From the sequence record NC_047742.1: a stretch of DNA of 41,510 nt; one strand, given 5' to 3'. Below, piece by piece: positions 1 to 7,151 of the stretch. The position numbers and the translations under genes are program-made. Within the stretch, counting starts at the first letter, position 1, and each line of letters opens with the position of its first letter. Under the pieces are notes generated by a model, which worked only from the letters and a program-made list of their open reading frames with translations, was not told where the DNA came from and searched no databases. This DNA comes from Enterobacteria phage IME_EC2.

Positions 1-58
1 TACCCGATCGGGCCGGACTCGGACCTGGTGGCCCGGTTGAGTGAATATCTTTACCCGG

Positions 59-103
59 ATAGCACGAATTGCTAAAAGCGATTTATCAAATGTTGTTATA
101 GTT
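59..103 (+). promoter_or_regulatory. Promoter-like cassette copy 1: dyad ATAGCACGAATTGCTAAAA, 22-bp spacer, TATAGT
   Basis: Read directly; same dyad recurs 6 times, always upstream of the first ORF of a gene block and in the same orientation relative to it. Confidence 0.5.
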
Positions 104-148
104 CTTTCACCGGGCGGCAATGGGTCGCCCACTACCGGAGAGATAACG

Positions 149-397
149 ATGGCAAACTTAACAATCATGGTAAAAGGCGATCAAGAGCGCGGGCGTCAGT
201 GGTCACGTAACTTTAAAAACCTGCTCCCGGCGTTCGTGAAAACTGGCACAGTTAAGCGCTATCTCTCATGGAAAGCGCCGGAGTTAACAGGCGAGGAGCC
301 GGAACTGGAGGAGCGCGTGGACGAGTTCATGACTCGCGGCGAGTTCGAACTGAATCGCCTGATCCACCGTAACAAGATCCGCGCCGACGAGTATTAA
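149..397 (+). CDS. hypothetical protein (83 aa)
   Basis: ORF 41..397 trimmed to ATG at 149 preceded by GGAGAGA; first gene after promoter cassette copy 1. Confidence 0.55.
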   Translation: MANLTIMVKGDQERGRQWSRNFKNLLPAFVKTGTVKRYLSWKAPELTGEEPELEERVDEFMTRGEFELNRLIHRNKIRADEY

Positions 398-403
398 CAG
401 CCC

Positions 404-438
404 GGCCCCTTCGGGGGCCATCCACCCAGGAGTCGAAG
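404..438 (+). promoter_or_regulatory. GC stem-loop with UUCG tetraloop (GGCCCC-TTCG-GGGGCC) fused to ATCCACCCAGGAG Shine-Dalgarno context
   Basis: Perfect 6-bp stem read directly, no U-tract; near-identical element at 12911-12946. Confidence 0.5.
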
Positions 439-816
439 ATGTCGAAAGTCACAGTAGTAACACGCTGGCCCACAGTAGCCGACGCACAGCAGGACGCGGA
501 GCGCGTGGCCTCACTCATTCGCGCACAGTCCAGCGTCCAGTCCATGCCGATCCGCGTTAACACATACCAGCGCGAGGAGAAGCTGGGCGGCGGGTTCGGC
601 TACGTGCTGGAATGCGGTCCAGTCTCGATCGTCTGCCGTAGCATCACCCGTTACACGGCTTGTTATTCGCTGCCGGAAGGTCCACGCGGGAACCATCGCG
701 ACGAGTTCGAAGCGGTCACGGCGGAGGCTGCGATCGAGGAGATGCGGGAATTTCTGGAGAGCCGGATCAAACACGCCCGCCTCGCGCTGGCTGTCCTGTC
801 CGGTCCTGCGGGATGA
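439..816 (+). CDS. hypothetical protein (125 aa)
   Basis: ORF track; ATG 15 nt after CCCAGGAG; stop overlaps next start (ATGA). Confidence 0.6.
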   Translation: MSKVTVVTRWPTVADAQQDAERVASLIRAQSSVQSMPIRVNTYQREEKLGGGFGYVLECGPVSIVCRSITRYTACYSLPEGPRGNHRDEFEAVTAEAAIEEMREFLESRIKHARLALAVLSGPAG

Positions 817-1049
817 TCCCGGAGAAGGTCCAGCGGAAGGCCGACGAGATTCTGGCCCGCTACTACGCGAAGGAGATCGCGCCTAAGCGGTTGAAGGGGT
901 TCGGCAAGGTATCAGCGTTCAACGTGGGCTATAGCTGGCGGCTCGTGACGTGGGACGAGGGGGAGACGTGGGATCTACTGTCCCACGAGGAGTACAACAA
1001 CAAAACGCGGGGCCGTCGTCAGCGGCTCCAGGTCAAAGGCAAGAGGTAA
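813..1049 (+). CDS. hypothetical protein (78 aa, basic)
   Basis: In-frame ATG inside ORF 660..1049 overlapping upstream stop as ATGA, suggesting translational coupling. Confidence 0.5.
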   Translation: MIPEKVQRKADEILARYYAKEIAPKRLKGFGKVSAFNVGYSWRLVTWDEGETWDLLSHEEYNNKTRGRRQRLQVKGKR

Positions 1050-1054
1050 ATATT

Positions 1055-1366
1055 ATGGAACGTTTCGCACATGTTTTTGAAGCACACGATCGCCAGGTTC
1101 TGGTCCGCCGTGGCGTTGACTCGGACGAGCATCCGGCGATCAATCTGATCACTGAGATCGACGGCGCGGAGTTGTCGTTTAACCTGGTGTTCCACCCGGA
1201 CGATCAGGAGGAGGATCGAGAGTTCTCCTACGAGAAAGCGGAAGCGGCCCGCGATCGCGCATTCCTGGACGTGGACACGCTGCGCAAGGCTGCGGAGGGC
1301 TTCGCCAAACAGTTAGAAGGCGCGGAATCGCCTATGGACGCCTTACGCCTTCTTTCCGGCAAATAA
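1055..1366 (+). CDS. hypothetical protein (103 aa)
   Basis: ATG at 1055 preceded by AAGAGG; internal Met of ORF 950..1366. Confidence 0.55.
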   Translation: MERFAHVFEAHDRQVLVRRGVDSDEHPAINLITEIDGAELSFNLVFHPDDQEEDREFSYEKAEAARDRAFLDVDTLRKAAEGFAKQLEGAESPMDALRLLSGK

Positions 1367-1388
1367 CAATAAGTTAACAATCAATCAT

Positions 1389-1416
1389 AAAAGGGCCTTT
1401 GCGGCCCTTTCTTTTT
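1389..1416 (+). terminator. intrinsic terminator (AAGGGCC-TTTGC-GGCCCTT + T-run)
   Basis: GC stem followed by CTTTTTTC, directly after stop of ORF 1055..1366. Confidence 0.7.
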
Positions 1417-1464
1417 TCATTTACCCTTTTAGCGTTCACTCACTTGTTAAAAGGGATCCCTCCA

Positions 1465-1818
1465 ATGTCTGAGCATACGACGCTATGGCAATTGTTCCAG
1501 CTATACCGCGTTGAGTTGGGTTATTCATTCATCGCGGCATCGGTGGCGGTGTTCCGTCACTGGCAATTGCGCCACCCGTTCCGCGATATCGTCAGCGGCG
1601 GGGCGATCTGCGCTGCCGTCGCGTTCGGGATGAATAATATTTTATCATTCTTCGGGGTCGATCATGGTACGTGGGGTTATCTCGCTTCCGTGTTCCTGGG
1701 CTATGTTGGCGTAGAGACTGCGCTCGACTGGGCCAGCGAAAAGATCCCATTTCTTAAAAAGATCCGCGCTACTCCGGCGCACACTAACCACGAGGATCAG
1801 ACCGATGGCAAAATTTGA
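1465..1818 (+). CDS. holin, lambda S-like (class I, 3 TM segments)
   Basis: Three hydrophobic segments plus charged C-terminal tail; C-terminal region resembles lambda S; immediately upstream of endolysin with overlapping ends. Confidence 0.75.
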   Translation: MSEHTTLWQLFQLYRVELGYSFIAASVAVFRHWQLRHPFRDIVSGGAICAAVAFGMNNILSFFGVDHGTWGYLASVFLGYVGVETALDWASEKIPFLKKIRATPAHTNHEDQTDGKI

Positions 1819-2284
1819 AGTCACGCCACAGCGCAAGGCGTTTCTGGACGCGATCGCGGTAGGAGAGGGAACAGACAACGGTCGCCAGCAGACCAAAAAT
1901 CACGGCTACGACGTGATCGTGGGCGGCTCGCTGTTCTCCGACTATTCGAAGCATCCGGGGCGGCTGGTGAAGCTGCCGAAGCTCGGCATTAACTCCACGG
2001 CGGCGGGCCGCTATCAGGTGCTTAAGAAGTATGCGGAGCATTACATCGACCAGCTAAACCTCCCCGACTTCTCCCCAGCGTCACAGGACCAGATCGCCCT
2101 CCAGCAGATCAGCGAGCGTAAAGCGCTGGCGGATATTGACGCGGGCCGGATCCGCGAAGCCGTGGCAAAGGTCAATAACATCTGGGCCTCCCTGCCGGGT
2201 TCGAAGTATGGACAACGGACGGAGACGATCGACGACTTCCTGAAATATTTCCGCGCTGCTGGCGGTAAGGTAGCCGGAGAATGA
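1805..2284 (+). CDS. endolysin, lambda R-like lytic transglycosylase
   Basis: Aligns by eye along its length with lambda R (QRKAFLD, EGTDNGRQ, NHGYDVIVGG, DYSKHP, AGRYQ, NIWASLPG, YGQ). Confidence 0.9.
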   Translation: MAKFEVTPQRKAFLDAIAVGEGTDNGRQQTKNHGYDVIVGGSLFSDYSKHPGRLVKLPKLGINSTAAGRYQVLKKYAEHYIDQLNLPDFSPASQDQIALQQISERKALADIDAGRIREAVAKVNNIWASLPGSKYGQRTETIDDFLKYFRAAGGKVAGE

Positions 2285-2802
2285 TCGCCGCCCTCCGGTT
2301 GTTCCTCTCGACTCACTGGCGATCGCTGCTGCTCGTCGTTGTCGTGCTGCTGGCGCTGGGGGGATCTTTCTGGGCTGGCTCGGCCTGGACGGACCGGGGC
2401 TGGACCGCTCGCGACAATGCCAGGATCGCGAAGGAATCCACCCAGGAAGCGAACGCACAAGCCGCCGCCCGTATCATTGAACAAGGCCGGGCCATTGCCC
2501 GCGAGGAGTCCGTAAAATATGCGAACGAACAAGCCGCAAAAGCTCGCGCCGCTGCTGCTACTGCTGGCGCTTCCCTTGATCGGTTGCTCGAACGAGCCGC
2601 AAAGGAAGCCGCACGACGCGACGCCGCTGATCAGACCGCTGCCCTCGGAAGGGCGTCAGGGGAAAAGACCGCCAGAATGTACGCCGACCTGTTACGACGG
2701 ACTGGCGAAGTCGCTGGACGGTATGCTGATATAGCGGAGAAGGCGATCACCGCCGGGGAGGTATGCGAAAGGAATTACGACGCCGTGGAGCGTCAGCAAT
2801 AA
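2281..2802 (+). CDS. Rz: i-spanin (Rz-like)
   Basis: N-terminal TM anchor then Ala/Arg/Glu-rich coiled-coil-like periplasmic region; follows endolysin with ATGA overlap; contains embedded +1-frame lipoprotein ORF. Confidence 0.8.
   Translation: MIAALRLFLSTHWRSLLLVVVVLLALGGSFWAGSAWTDRGWTARDNARIAKESTQEANAQAAARIIEQGRAIAREESVKYANEQAAKARAAAATAGASLDRLLERAAKEAARRDAADQTAALGRASGEKTARMYADLLRRTGEVAGRYADIAEKAITAGEVCERNYDAVERQQ
2519..2734 (+). CDS. Rz1: o-spanin (Rz1-like lipoprotein) embedded in Rz
   Basis: Signal peptide with lipobox LIGC, proline-rich mature part, fully inside Rz in the +1 frame. Confidence 0.75.
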   Translation: MRTNKPQKLAPLLLLLALPLIGCSNEPQRKPHDATPLIRPLPSEGRQGKRPPECTPTCYDGLAKSLDGMLI

Positions 2803-2805
2803 ATC

Positions 2806-2830
2806 GGGGGCCAGTTGGCCCCCTTTTTTA
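2806..2830. terminator. intrinsic terminator between convergent genes (GGGGGCC-AGTT-GGCCCCC + T-run)
   Basis: Stem-loop with T-run on plus strand; sits at the convergence of Rz (+) and the Ig-like gene (-). Confidence 0.7.
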
Positions 2831-3616
2831 TGCCGGGTTTACCGTGACCGTACAAGCGATCGAGGTGACGGTGTTCGGCGGGACGGTGTTCGAACTGGTG
2901 GCAATACAGCGGTATTGACCAGCGTCCCCAGCCTGCGGCGTGGCAATGTTCAGCGTTGCGGCGGTTGCTCCAGTGATGCCACCTGCGCCTCCGTTGGCGA
3001 CGTTGCTCCAGGAGGTCCCGCCGTTCGTGGACTTCTGCCACTGGTAGGAGTACGGAGCGAGGCCCGTCGCCGCGTTGACCACGACCGCCAGCGAGTCCGC
3101 GACGTCTACCGTCCAGGTATCGGTCGCCGGGAGGTTGGTCGATAGGGCGATCGCCTGTTTCGTGCGCTCGCGCAAGGACTCCACCATCTGGCCCGTTGCG
3201 TCGGTTACTCTCACGAAGTAATCCCCGTTATTATTAGCCGCTGAGTAAGAGGCGATCGTGTAGCTGTCCTGATCGGCCCCCACTGGGTTGTCGGTGCTGG
3301 AGGCACGACGGAACCAGGCGAACGAGTAAGGAGCCACGCCGCCCTCCATCTCCACGGAGAACTCCTTCGAAGCGCCCCCGGTGACGTAGGTCGCGCCCGC
3401 GTCGGTTGCGTTGTTGCCCGGAAGGTTGACGGCGAACGTCAGCGCCGGGACAAGGTTCGGATCGTACTCCATGTAAAACATCCCAGTAGGATCCAGACCT
3501 TCGGGATCTGCGTCCAGCCAGATCACATCTTTCTGGGGAACCGTGACCGGATCAAGGATTCGCGTCACTTTCCACCCGAACATATCCGGGCGGTAGTACC
3601 GATGCCAAAAAGCCAT
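2828..3616 (-). CDS. Ig-like (Big/Hoc-type) domain protein
   Basis: Two Ig-like repeats (PYSFAWFRR, PYSYQWQKS, GQYRC); ORF trimmed to second ATG (MAFWH) with GAGGA upstream. Confidence 0.65.
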   Translation of the reverse strand: MAFWHRYYRPDMFGWKVTRILDPVTVPQKDVIWLDADPEGLDPTGMFYMEYDPNLVPALTFAVNLPGNNATDAGATYVTGGASKEFSVEMEGGVAPYSFAWFRRASSTDNPVGADQDSYTIASYSAANNNGDYFVRVTDATGQMVESLRERTKQAIALSTNLPATDTWTVDVADSLAVVVNAATGLAPYSYQWQKSTNGGTSWSNVANGGAGGITGATAATLNIATPQAGDAGQYRCIATSSNTVPPNTVTSIACTVTVNPA

Positions 3617-3688
3617 AATTTTGTCCTCGTGAAATTGTGCGGTATACTGCCCCGGCATTGTAGATCATCTCTGGCGTTAAAACGAAAG

Positions 3689-3718
3689 GAGCCGCTTTTT
3701 AAGCGGCCCTTTTTTTTA
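3689..3718. terminator. intrinsic terminator (GAGCCGC-TTTTTAA-GCGGCCC + T8)
   Basis: Stem-loop flanked by T-run on plus side and U-rich on minus side. Confidence 0.65.
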
Positions 3719-3817
3719 GAGTACCATCGACACGCCGAAACCGATTAAAGCCCACAGCGCGGCGCTTGCTGCGATTACGCCCCATATAACGTATTTGTGT
3801 CCGCGTAAGTTGTTCAT
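3716..3817 (-). CDS. small hydrophobic protein (33 aa, one TM)
   Basis: ATG with strong SD (AGAGGGGAA), overlaps upstream stop as ATGA; short, so uncertain. Confidence 0.45.
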   Translation of the reverse strand: MNNLRGHKYVIWGVIAASAALWALIGFGVSMVL

Positions 3818-4206
3818 GCGATTTTCCCCTCTTTCTTGAATTTTGCCAGGCGTCCGCGAATTGAAGGACGCGATTTGTTGAGCCAGTTCGCGACGTGCGC
3901 GTGAGTGAGTTCGGTCGGCACTATCACCCGGCGACCAGTGGCGATCACCAGTTCGTCCAGATCCTCGTCGGTCAGAAGTCCCTCCCAGAAGCGGACCAGC
4001 TTCCGGTCCTCCTCCGTCGTCCATTGCGTGTACGTCCGGTTATACGCCAGGGAGAGGCCCAGCTTAGAGGCCCGGACCTGCATCTGGCGGAAGTTGCGAC
4101 CGATGCGCTTCGCCAGTTCGTGCGGCGGCATGGTCGCGGCGAGGCGGGTCAGTTCCGCGTCCTGCTCGTCAGTCCACCCGATAATCTGCGCTGTTACTTT
4201 ACCCAC
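3814..4206 (-). CDS. putative DNA-binding protein with two GcrA/Myb-like WT-x-EED repeats
   Basis: GTG start with AGGAGG 7 nt upstream; GWTDEQDAEL...ASKLGLS and QWTTEEDRKL repeats resemble the GcrA N-terminal domain. Confidence 0.55.
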   Translation of the reverse strand: MGKVTAQIIGWTDEQDAELTRLAATMPPHELAKRIGRNFRQMQVRASKLGLSLAYNRTYTQWTTEEDRKLVRFWEGLLTDEDLDELVIATGRRVIVPTELTHAHVANWLNKSRPSIRGRLAKFKKEGKIA

Positions 4207-4477
4207 GAGATCCTCCTTTGAGGTGCTTCCGGTTTTTGGTTGAGTCCAGCGCCCGCTTAAGGTCGCCCTTCTCGCTTTTGGTTCCCGGCACGACTCGGAA
4301 GTGGTGCGGGTCTGGTTGGTTCAGGTACATCTCGCCGTCCGGCGTCTCGATCGATATGTCGGCGATCGCCTCCTTGCCGAACACGCGAGAGACTGCGCTG
4401 ATCATGCCGTCCAGTTCGGCGGCTTGCGCCGCCTCCCACAGTTCCCGGCGCGTTGCCTTAGTGGGCCGGGTAGCCAT
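4199..4477 (-). CDS. hypothetical protein (92 aa)
   Basis: ORF track; tightly packed in minus-strand operon. Confidence 0.5.
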   Translation of the reverse strand: MATRPTKATRRELWEAAQAAELDGMISAVSRVFGKEAIADISIETPDGEMYLNQPDPHHFRVVPGTKSEKGDLKRALDSTKNRKHLKGGSRG

Positions 4478-4685
4478 ACGCCCCCCGGATAAGTTCGCGG
4501 GCGTCGTTCTCCGCCTGGACCGCTTCGCGGGTAAGTGCTGCCTTTGCCAGTGGCCCCGCCGCGTACATCTTGAGGCGGTTGCGGAGGATCATCGCTGTCT
4601 CGATCAGGATATGCGCCTGTTTCAGTAACAGCGGGTTCACGATCTGAGCCTTGTTTGTTTTGGTGTGGAGTAATGTCTGTTTCAT
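4458..4685 (-). CDS. hypothetical protein (75 aa)
   Basis: ORF 4458..4748 trimmed to ATG (MKQTLL) with GAGGA upstream; first gene after promoter copy 2. Confidence 0.5.
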   Translation of the reverse strand: MKQTLLHTKTNKAQIVNPLLLKQAHILIETAMILRNRLKMYAAGPLAKAALTREAVQAENDARELIRGAYGYPAH

Positions 4686-4740
4686 TGCTTCGTCCTCGTG
4701 TTGGTGTGAAAGAATAATAACAAAGGATAAGCGGCATTGC

Positions 4741-4758
4741 TTTAGCAAAAAGTGCTAT
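4741..4758 (-). promoter_or_regulatory. Promoter-like dyad copy 2 (ATAGCACTTTTTGCTAAA on minus strand), -10-like TATTAT 22-23 bp downstream
   Basis: Read directly; lies between a terminator and the next minus-strand gene. Confidence 0.5.
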
Positions 4759-4762
4759 ACGC

Positions 4763-4786
4763 AAAAAAGGCCCCGGAGGGCCTTGT
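4763..4786 (-). terminator. intrinsic terminator for minus-strand operon (AAGGCCC-TCCG-GGGCCTT + U-run)
   Basis: GC hairpin followed on minus strand by TTTTTTG, directly after stop of ORF 4788..5528. Confidence 0.6.
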
Positions 4787-4787
4787 G

Positions 4788-5528
4788 TCAGAATGGAGCG
4801 TTTTCGATGTAGACCGCGACGGCGAAGCCTTCGGGCGTGGCGCTTCGGATGTTCTTCGTTCGTGTGCTGGATCCGCCCAGTCTCGACCAGCCCGGATTAT
4901 CCTTAACAGCCGGGACGCTCTGGAATGCCGGGAAGCGGAAGCCGCCACCGCACCAGATCCCCGTCTGCTTCGGGTACGCGTCCCGCGCCGGATAGATCTC
5001 CGGGTAGAGGCTATGCTGGTGATCCTCCGGCAAGTAGCCGCCGAAGTTGTAGGGGTGGAACCAGTGATCGCAAGGTCGCCACATCGTGGAGAGCCGGGAG
5101 ATCTTCGGATTCTCCAGCATCCAGGGGACCAGCGTTTTGTCCTCATAGTCGCCGTTTTCGTACCCGGCAAACGTAGCCACCTGCTCGACCATCTTCGCCA
5201 GCGCGACGGCCTTCTCCTGGAAGCGTGGATCCTTCTTGCGCTTCGCTTCCCACCATCTGGCCCCGGTACAGGTTAGATCGGTGCATTCAGCAAAGGAGGC
5301 CACGAAGATCACGCCCGGCCCGACTTCATCGGCGATTCTGAGCGCTTCTACTTCCGTGTTGTCTGCGTCGAACATCCGGCCCACACGGATCAGGTTCGGC
5401 TCGTCGGCGTCTGGGTGGATCCCTGGCTCGTGCTGCCCGTCATACATCCAGCATTCCACGCCAGCCTCCAGCCACTTGTCCACCATGATCCGGGTCAGGT
5501 TAAACAGGAAAATCGCCTTATGCTTCAC
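4788..5528 (-). CDS. hypothetical protein (246 aa) in Dam/clamp-like operon
   Basis: ORF 4788..5561 trimmed to GTG (VKHKAIF) with AGGA upstream; start is uncertain (an ATG 14 codons downstream is an alternative); no family recognised. Confidence 0.55.
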   Translation of the reverse strand: MKHKAIFLFNLTRIMVDKWLEAGVECWMYDGQHEPGIHPDADEPNLIRVGRMFDADNTEVEALRIADEVGPGVIFVASFAECTDLTCTGARWWEAKRKKDPRFQEKAVALAKMVEQVATFAGYENGDYEDKTLVPWMLENPKISRLSTMWRPCDHWFHPYNFGGYLPEDHQHSLYPEIYPARDAYPKQTGIWCGGGFRFPAFQSVPAVKDNPGWSRLGGSSTRTKNIRSATPEGFAVAVYIENAPF

Positions 5529-5751
5529 GGTTCTGATCCTTCTCGTACTCGTCGGCGTCACGCTTGATCAGCGCGTCCCACTGGTCCATATGTACCGGGT
5601 TATAGTCCTGCTCGAAAGAGAGATCGAGCGCCTCGGCGAAGTGCTCGGCCTCCTCACGGGAGGCCACCAGCTTACGCGCCATTAACTCGTCCGCGACCTT
5701 CTCCTGGAAGATGGCCCAGCGGCTATTAGTGTGACCGTCGTTATATTTCAT
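5518..5751 (-). CDS. hypothetical protein (77 aa, acidic)
   Basis: ORF track. Confidence 0.5.
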   Translation of the reverse strand: MKYNDGHTNSRWAIFQEKVADELMARKLVASREEAEHFAEALDLSFEQDYNPVHMDQWDALIKRDADEYEKDQNREA

Positions 5752-5754
5752 TGC

Positions 5755-6336
5755 TTACACTCTCGCGGGCATAATGATCAGGGTTGCCTCGCCGTCCGGC
5801 GTGGTCAGGTTCACGCGGATCGGCTCCGCTGCGCCGTTAAAGTTCAGTTTCGCAAAAGGCATCTTGATCCCGAACTTCTTCGCCAGCCTCTCGACCATTC
5901 CGAGGTAAGGCGTCGCCACGCCGATCTCGTGGACGGCCTTCGAGTTCTCGCGGGCCTTGTTCAGTAACGCGTCCACGTTCGGATAATTGGCCTCCACAAT
6001 GTCCACGGTCCCCACAGCGACGCGGGCCTTTTTGTGGTCCACTTCTTCGAGGTCCTTCGGCTTGTCTGCCGGAATGTCCAGCCAGTACACGATCCCCGCT
6101 TCGGTATCGATCACGGCGGAGAAGATCCGCCCAGTCGGTGGCGTGGAGATTGAGAGGATAATCCCCTCCTCCGGCGCGTTTACCAGCTTATGGGTACTTT
6201 CCATGCAAACATGACCGTTAGACGTGCGGATCCGGTTCCCGATGAAGTGGAGCGCGTTCAGGTAGTAGCGGACGTCCTGCTGGCCTTTGGTGAGTTGGTG
6301 AGCGCGTAAGGCGCTTACTGGTGCATAAATAATCAT
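5755..6336 (-). CDS. DnaN-like beta sliding-clamp homolog, truncated (about two domains)
   Basis: QQDVRYYLNALHF matches DnaN QDVRYYLNGMLFE (start of domain II); C-terminus EATLIIMPARV matches DnaN C-terminus AAYVVMPMRL; 193 aa versus 366 aa for E. coli DnaN. Confidence 0.55.
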   Translation of the reverse strand: MIIYAPVSALRAHQLTKGQQDVRYYLNALHFIGNRIRTSNGHVCMESTHKLVNAPEEGIILSISTPPTGRIFSAVIDTEAGIVYWLDIPADKPKDLEEVDHKKARVAVGTVDIVEANYPNVDALLNKARENSKAVHEIGVATPYLGMVERLAKKFGIKMPFAKLNFNGAAEPIRVNLTTPDGEATLIIMPARV

Positions 6337-6352
6337 CTCTGGGTCCTCTCGG

Positions 6353-6994
6353 TTAAATCATCGTTTTGCCTTCGAACATCATTTCCGCCTGGGTCAGATA
6401 TTCAGTCTTGATCGGTCCGCGCTTCTTCGGCTTGATAACGAACATCACGGACGGCTTGCTGTTTTTCTTGCCCGCGACTTCGGTCCCTGCCTTCACGAAC
6501 GCCACGCGCCCGGAGTTCTCTCCGTCGCTGGTGATGTGAATTACCAGGCTCCCGGCGTCCAGCGCCTTCTTAAACCACGCCGTGGACGCGTCGGAGTTCA
6601 GGAGGAAAACGGTCGTAACGTCGCGATCCTTCGCTTGCTGGATGGCCTTCACGATCCACGGAAGCGGCTCGGCGTAAGGAGGATTGCACCAGGCCAGCCC
6701 GCCCTCCGCGCCCCAGTCTACGCCGTCCTTGAGGGCGTCCGTTTTCTCGTCCAGATAGACGTCACAAAGCGCGTTTGCTTTCTCCGCTGCGACGTCGATC
6801 CCGAACTGCCCGAAGCGCTTCACAGCCCAGTCGAACAGCCAGCGCGGGGTCTGCCACTTCTGACGGATAGCGTCCGGCGTCTTGGACTTGTTGAAGCGGC
6901 GACCGCTAACAGTGGTCACGTCTGCCGCTGCGCGTTCCGCTTCGGTCATGCCGTCCACATGGTCGATCGTGGTGGTGTCTTTCTCGTCTTTCAT
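6353..6994 (-). CDS. phage N6-adenine DNA methyltransferase (Dam family)
   Basis: WQTPRWLFDW near N-terminus and catalytic-type motif NPPY (LAWCNPPYAE), typical of phage N6A-MTases. Confidence 0.8.
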   Translation of the reverse strand: MKDEKDTTTIDHVDGMTEAERAAADVTTVSGRRFNKSKTPDAIRQKWQTPRWLFDWAVKRFGQFGIDVAAEKANALCDVYLDEKTDALKDGVDWGAEGGLAWCNPPYAEPLPWIVKAIQQAKDRDVTTVFLLNSDASTAWFKKALDAGSLVIHITSDGENSGRVAFVKAGTEVAGKKNSKPSVMFVIKPKKRGPIKTEYLTQAEMMFEGKTMI

Positions 6995-7049
6995 CTGCTG
7001 CCCTTTTTTGGTTGGTGGTGACTAACGATAATTGATTAACTGTTTTGTG

Positions 7050-7068
7050 TTTTAGCAAAAAGTGCTAT
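7050..7068 (-). promoter_or_regulatory. Promoter-like dyad copy 3 (ATAGCACTTTTTGCTAAAA on minus strand), TATCGT 22 bp downstream
   Basis: Read directly; about 58 bp upstream of the Dam start codon. Confidence 0.5.
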
Positions 7069-7125
7069 TTATGGCTTCTCACGTTTCCCTGTAGCAACAT
7101 TAGCGCCGCTGGTATCGACGCATTA

Positions 7126-7151
7126 AGCCCCCGCGCCGGGGCTTTTTTTTT
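7126..7151 (+). terminator. terminator-like hairpin (AGCCCC-CGCGCC-GGGGCT + T9), plus-strand polarity
   Basis: Strong hairpin plus T9 on the plus strand, abutting the stop of the minus-strand primase gene; minus-strand side has only an A-run upstream. Confidence 0.5.
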
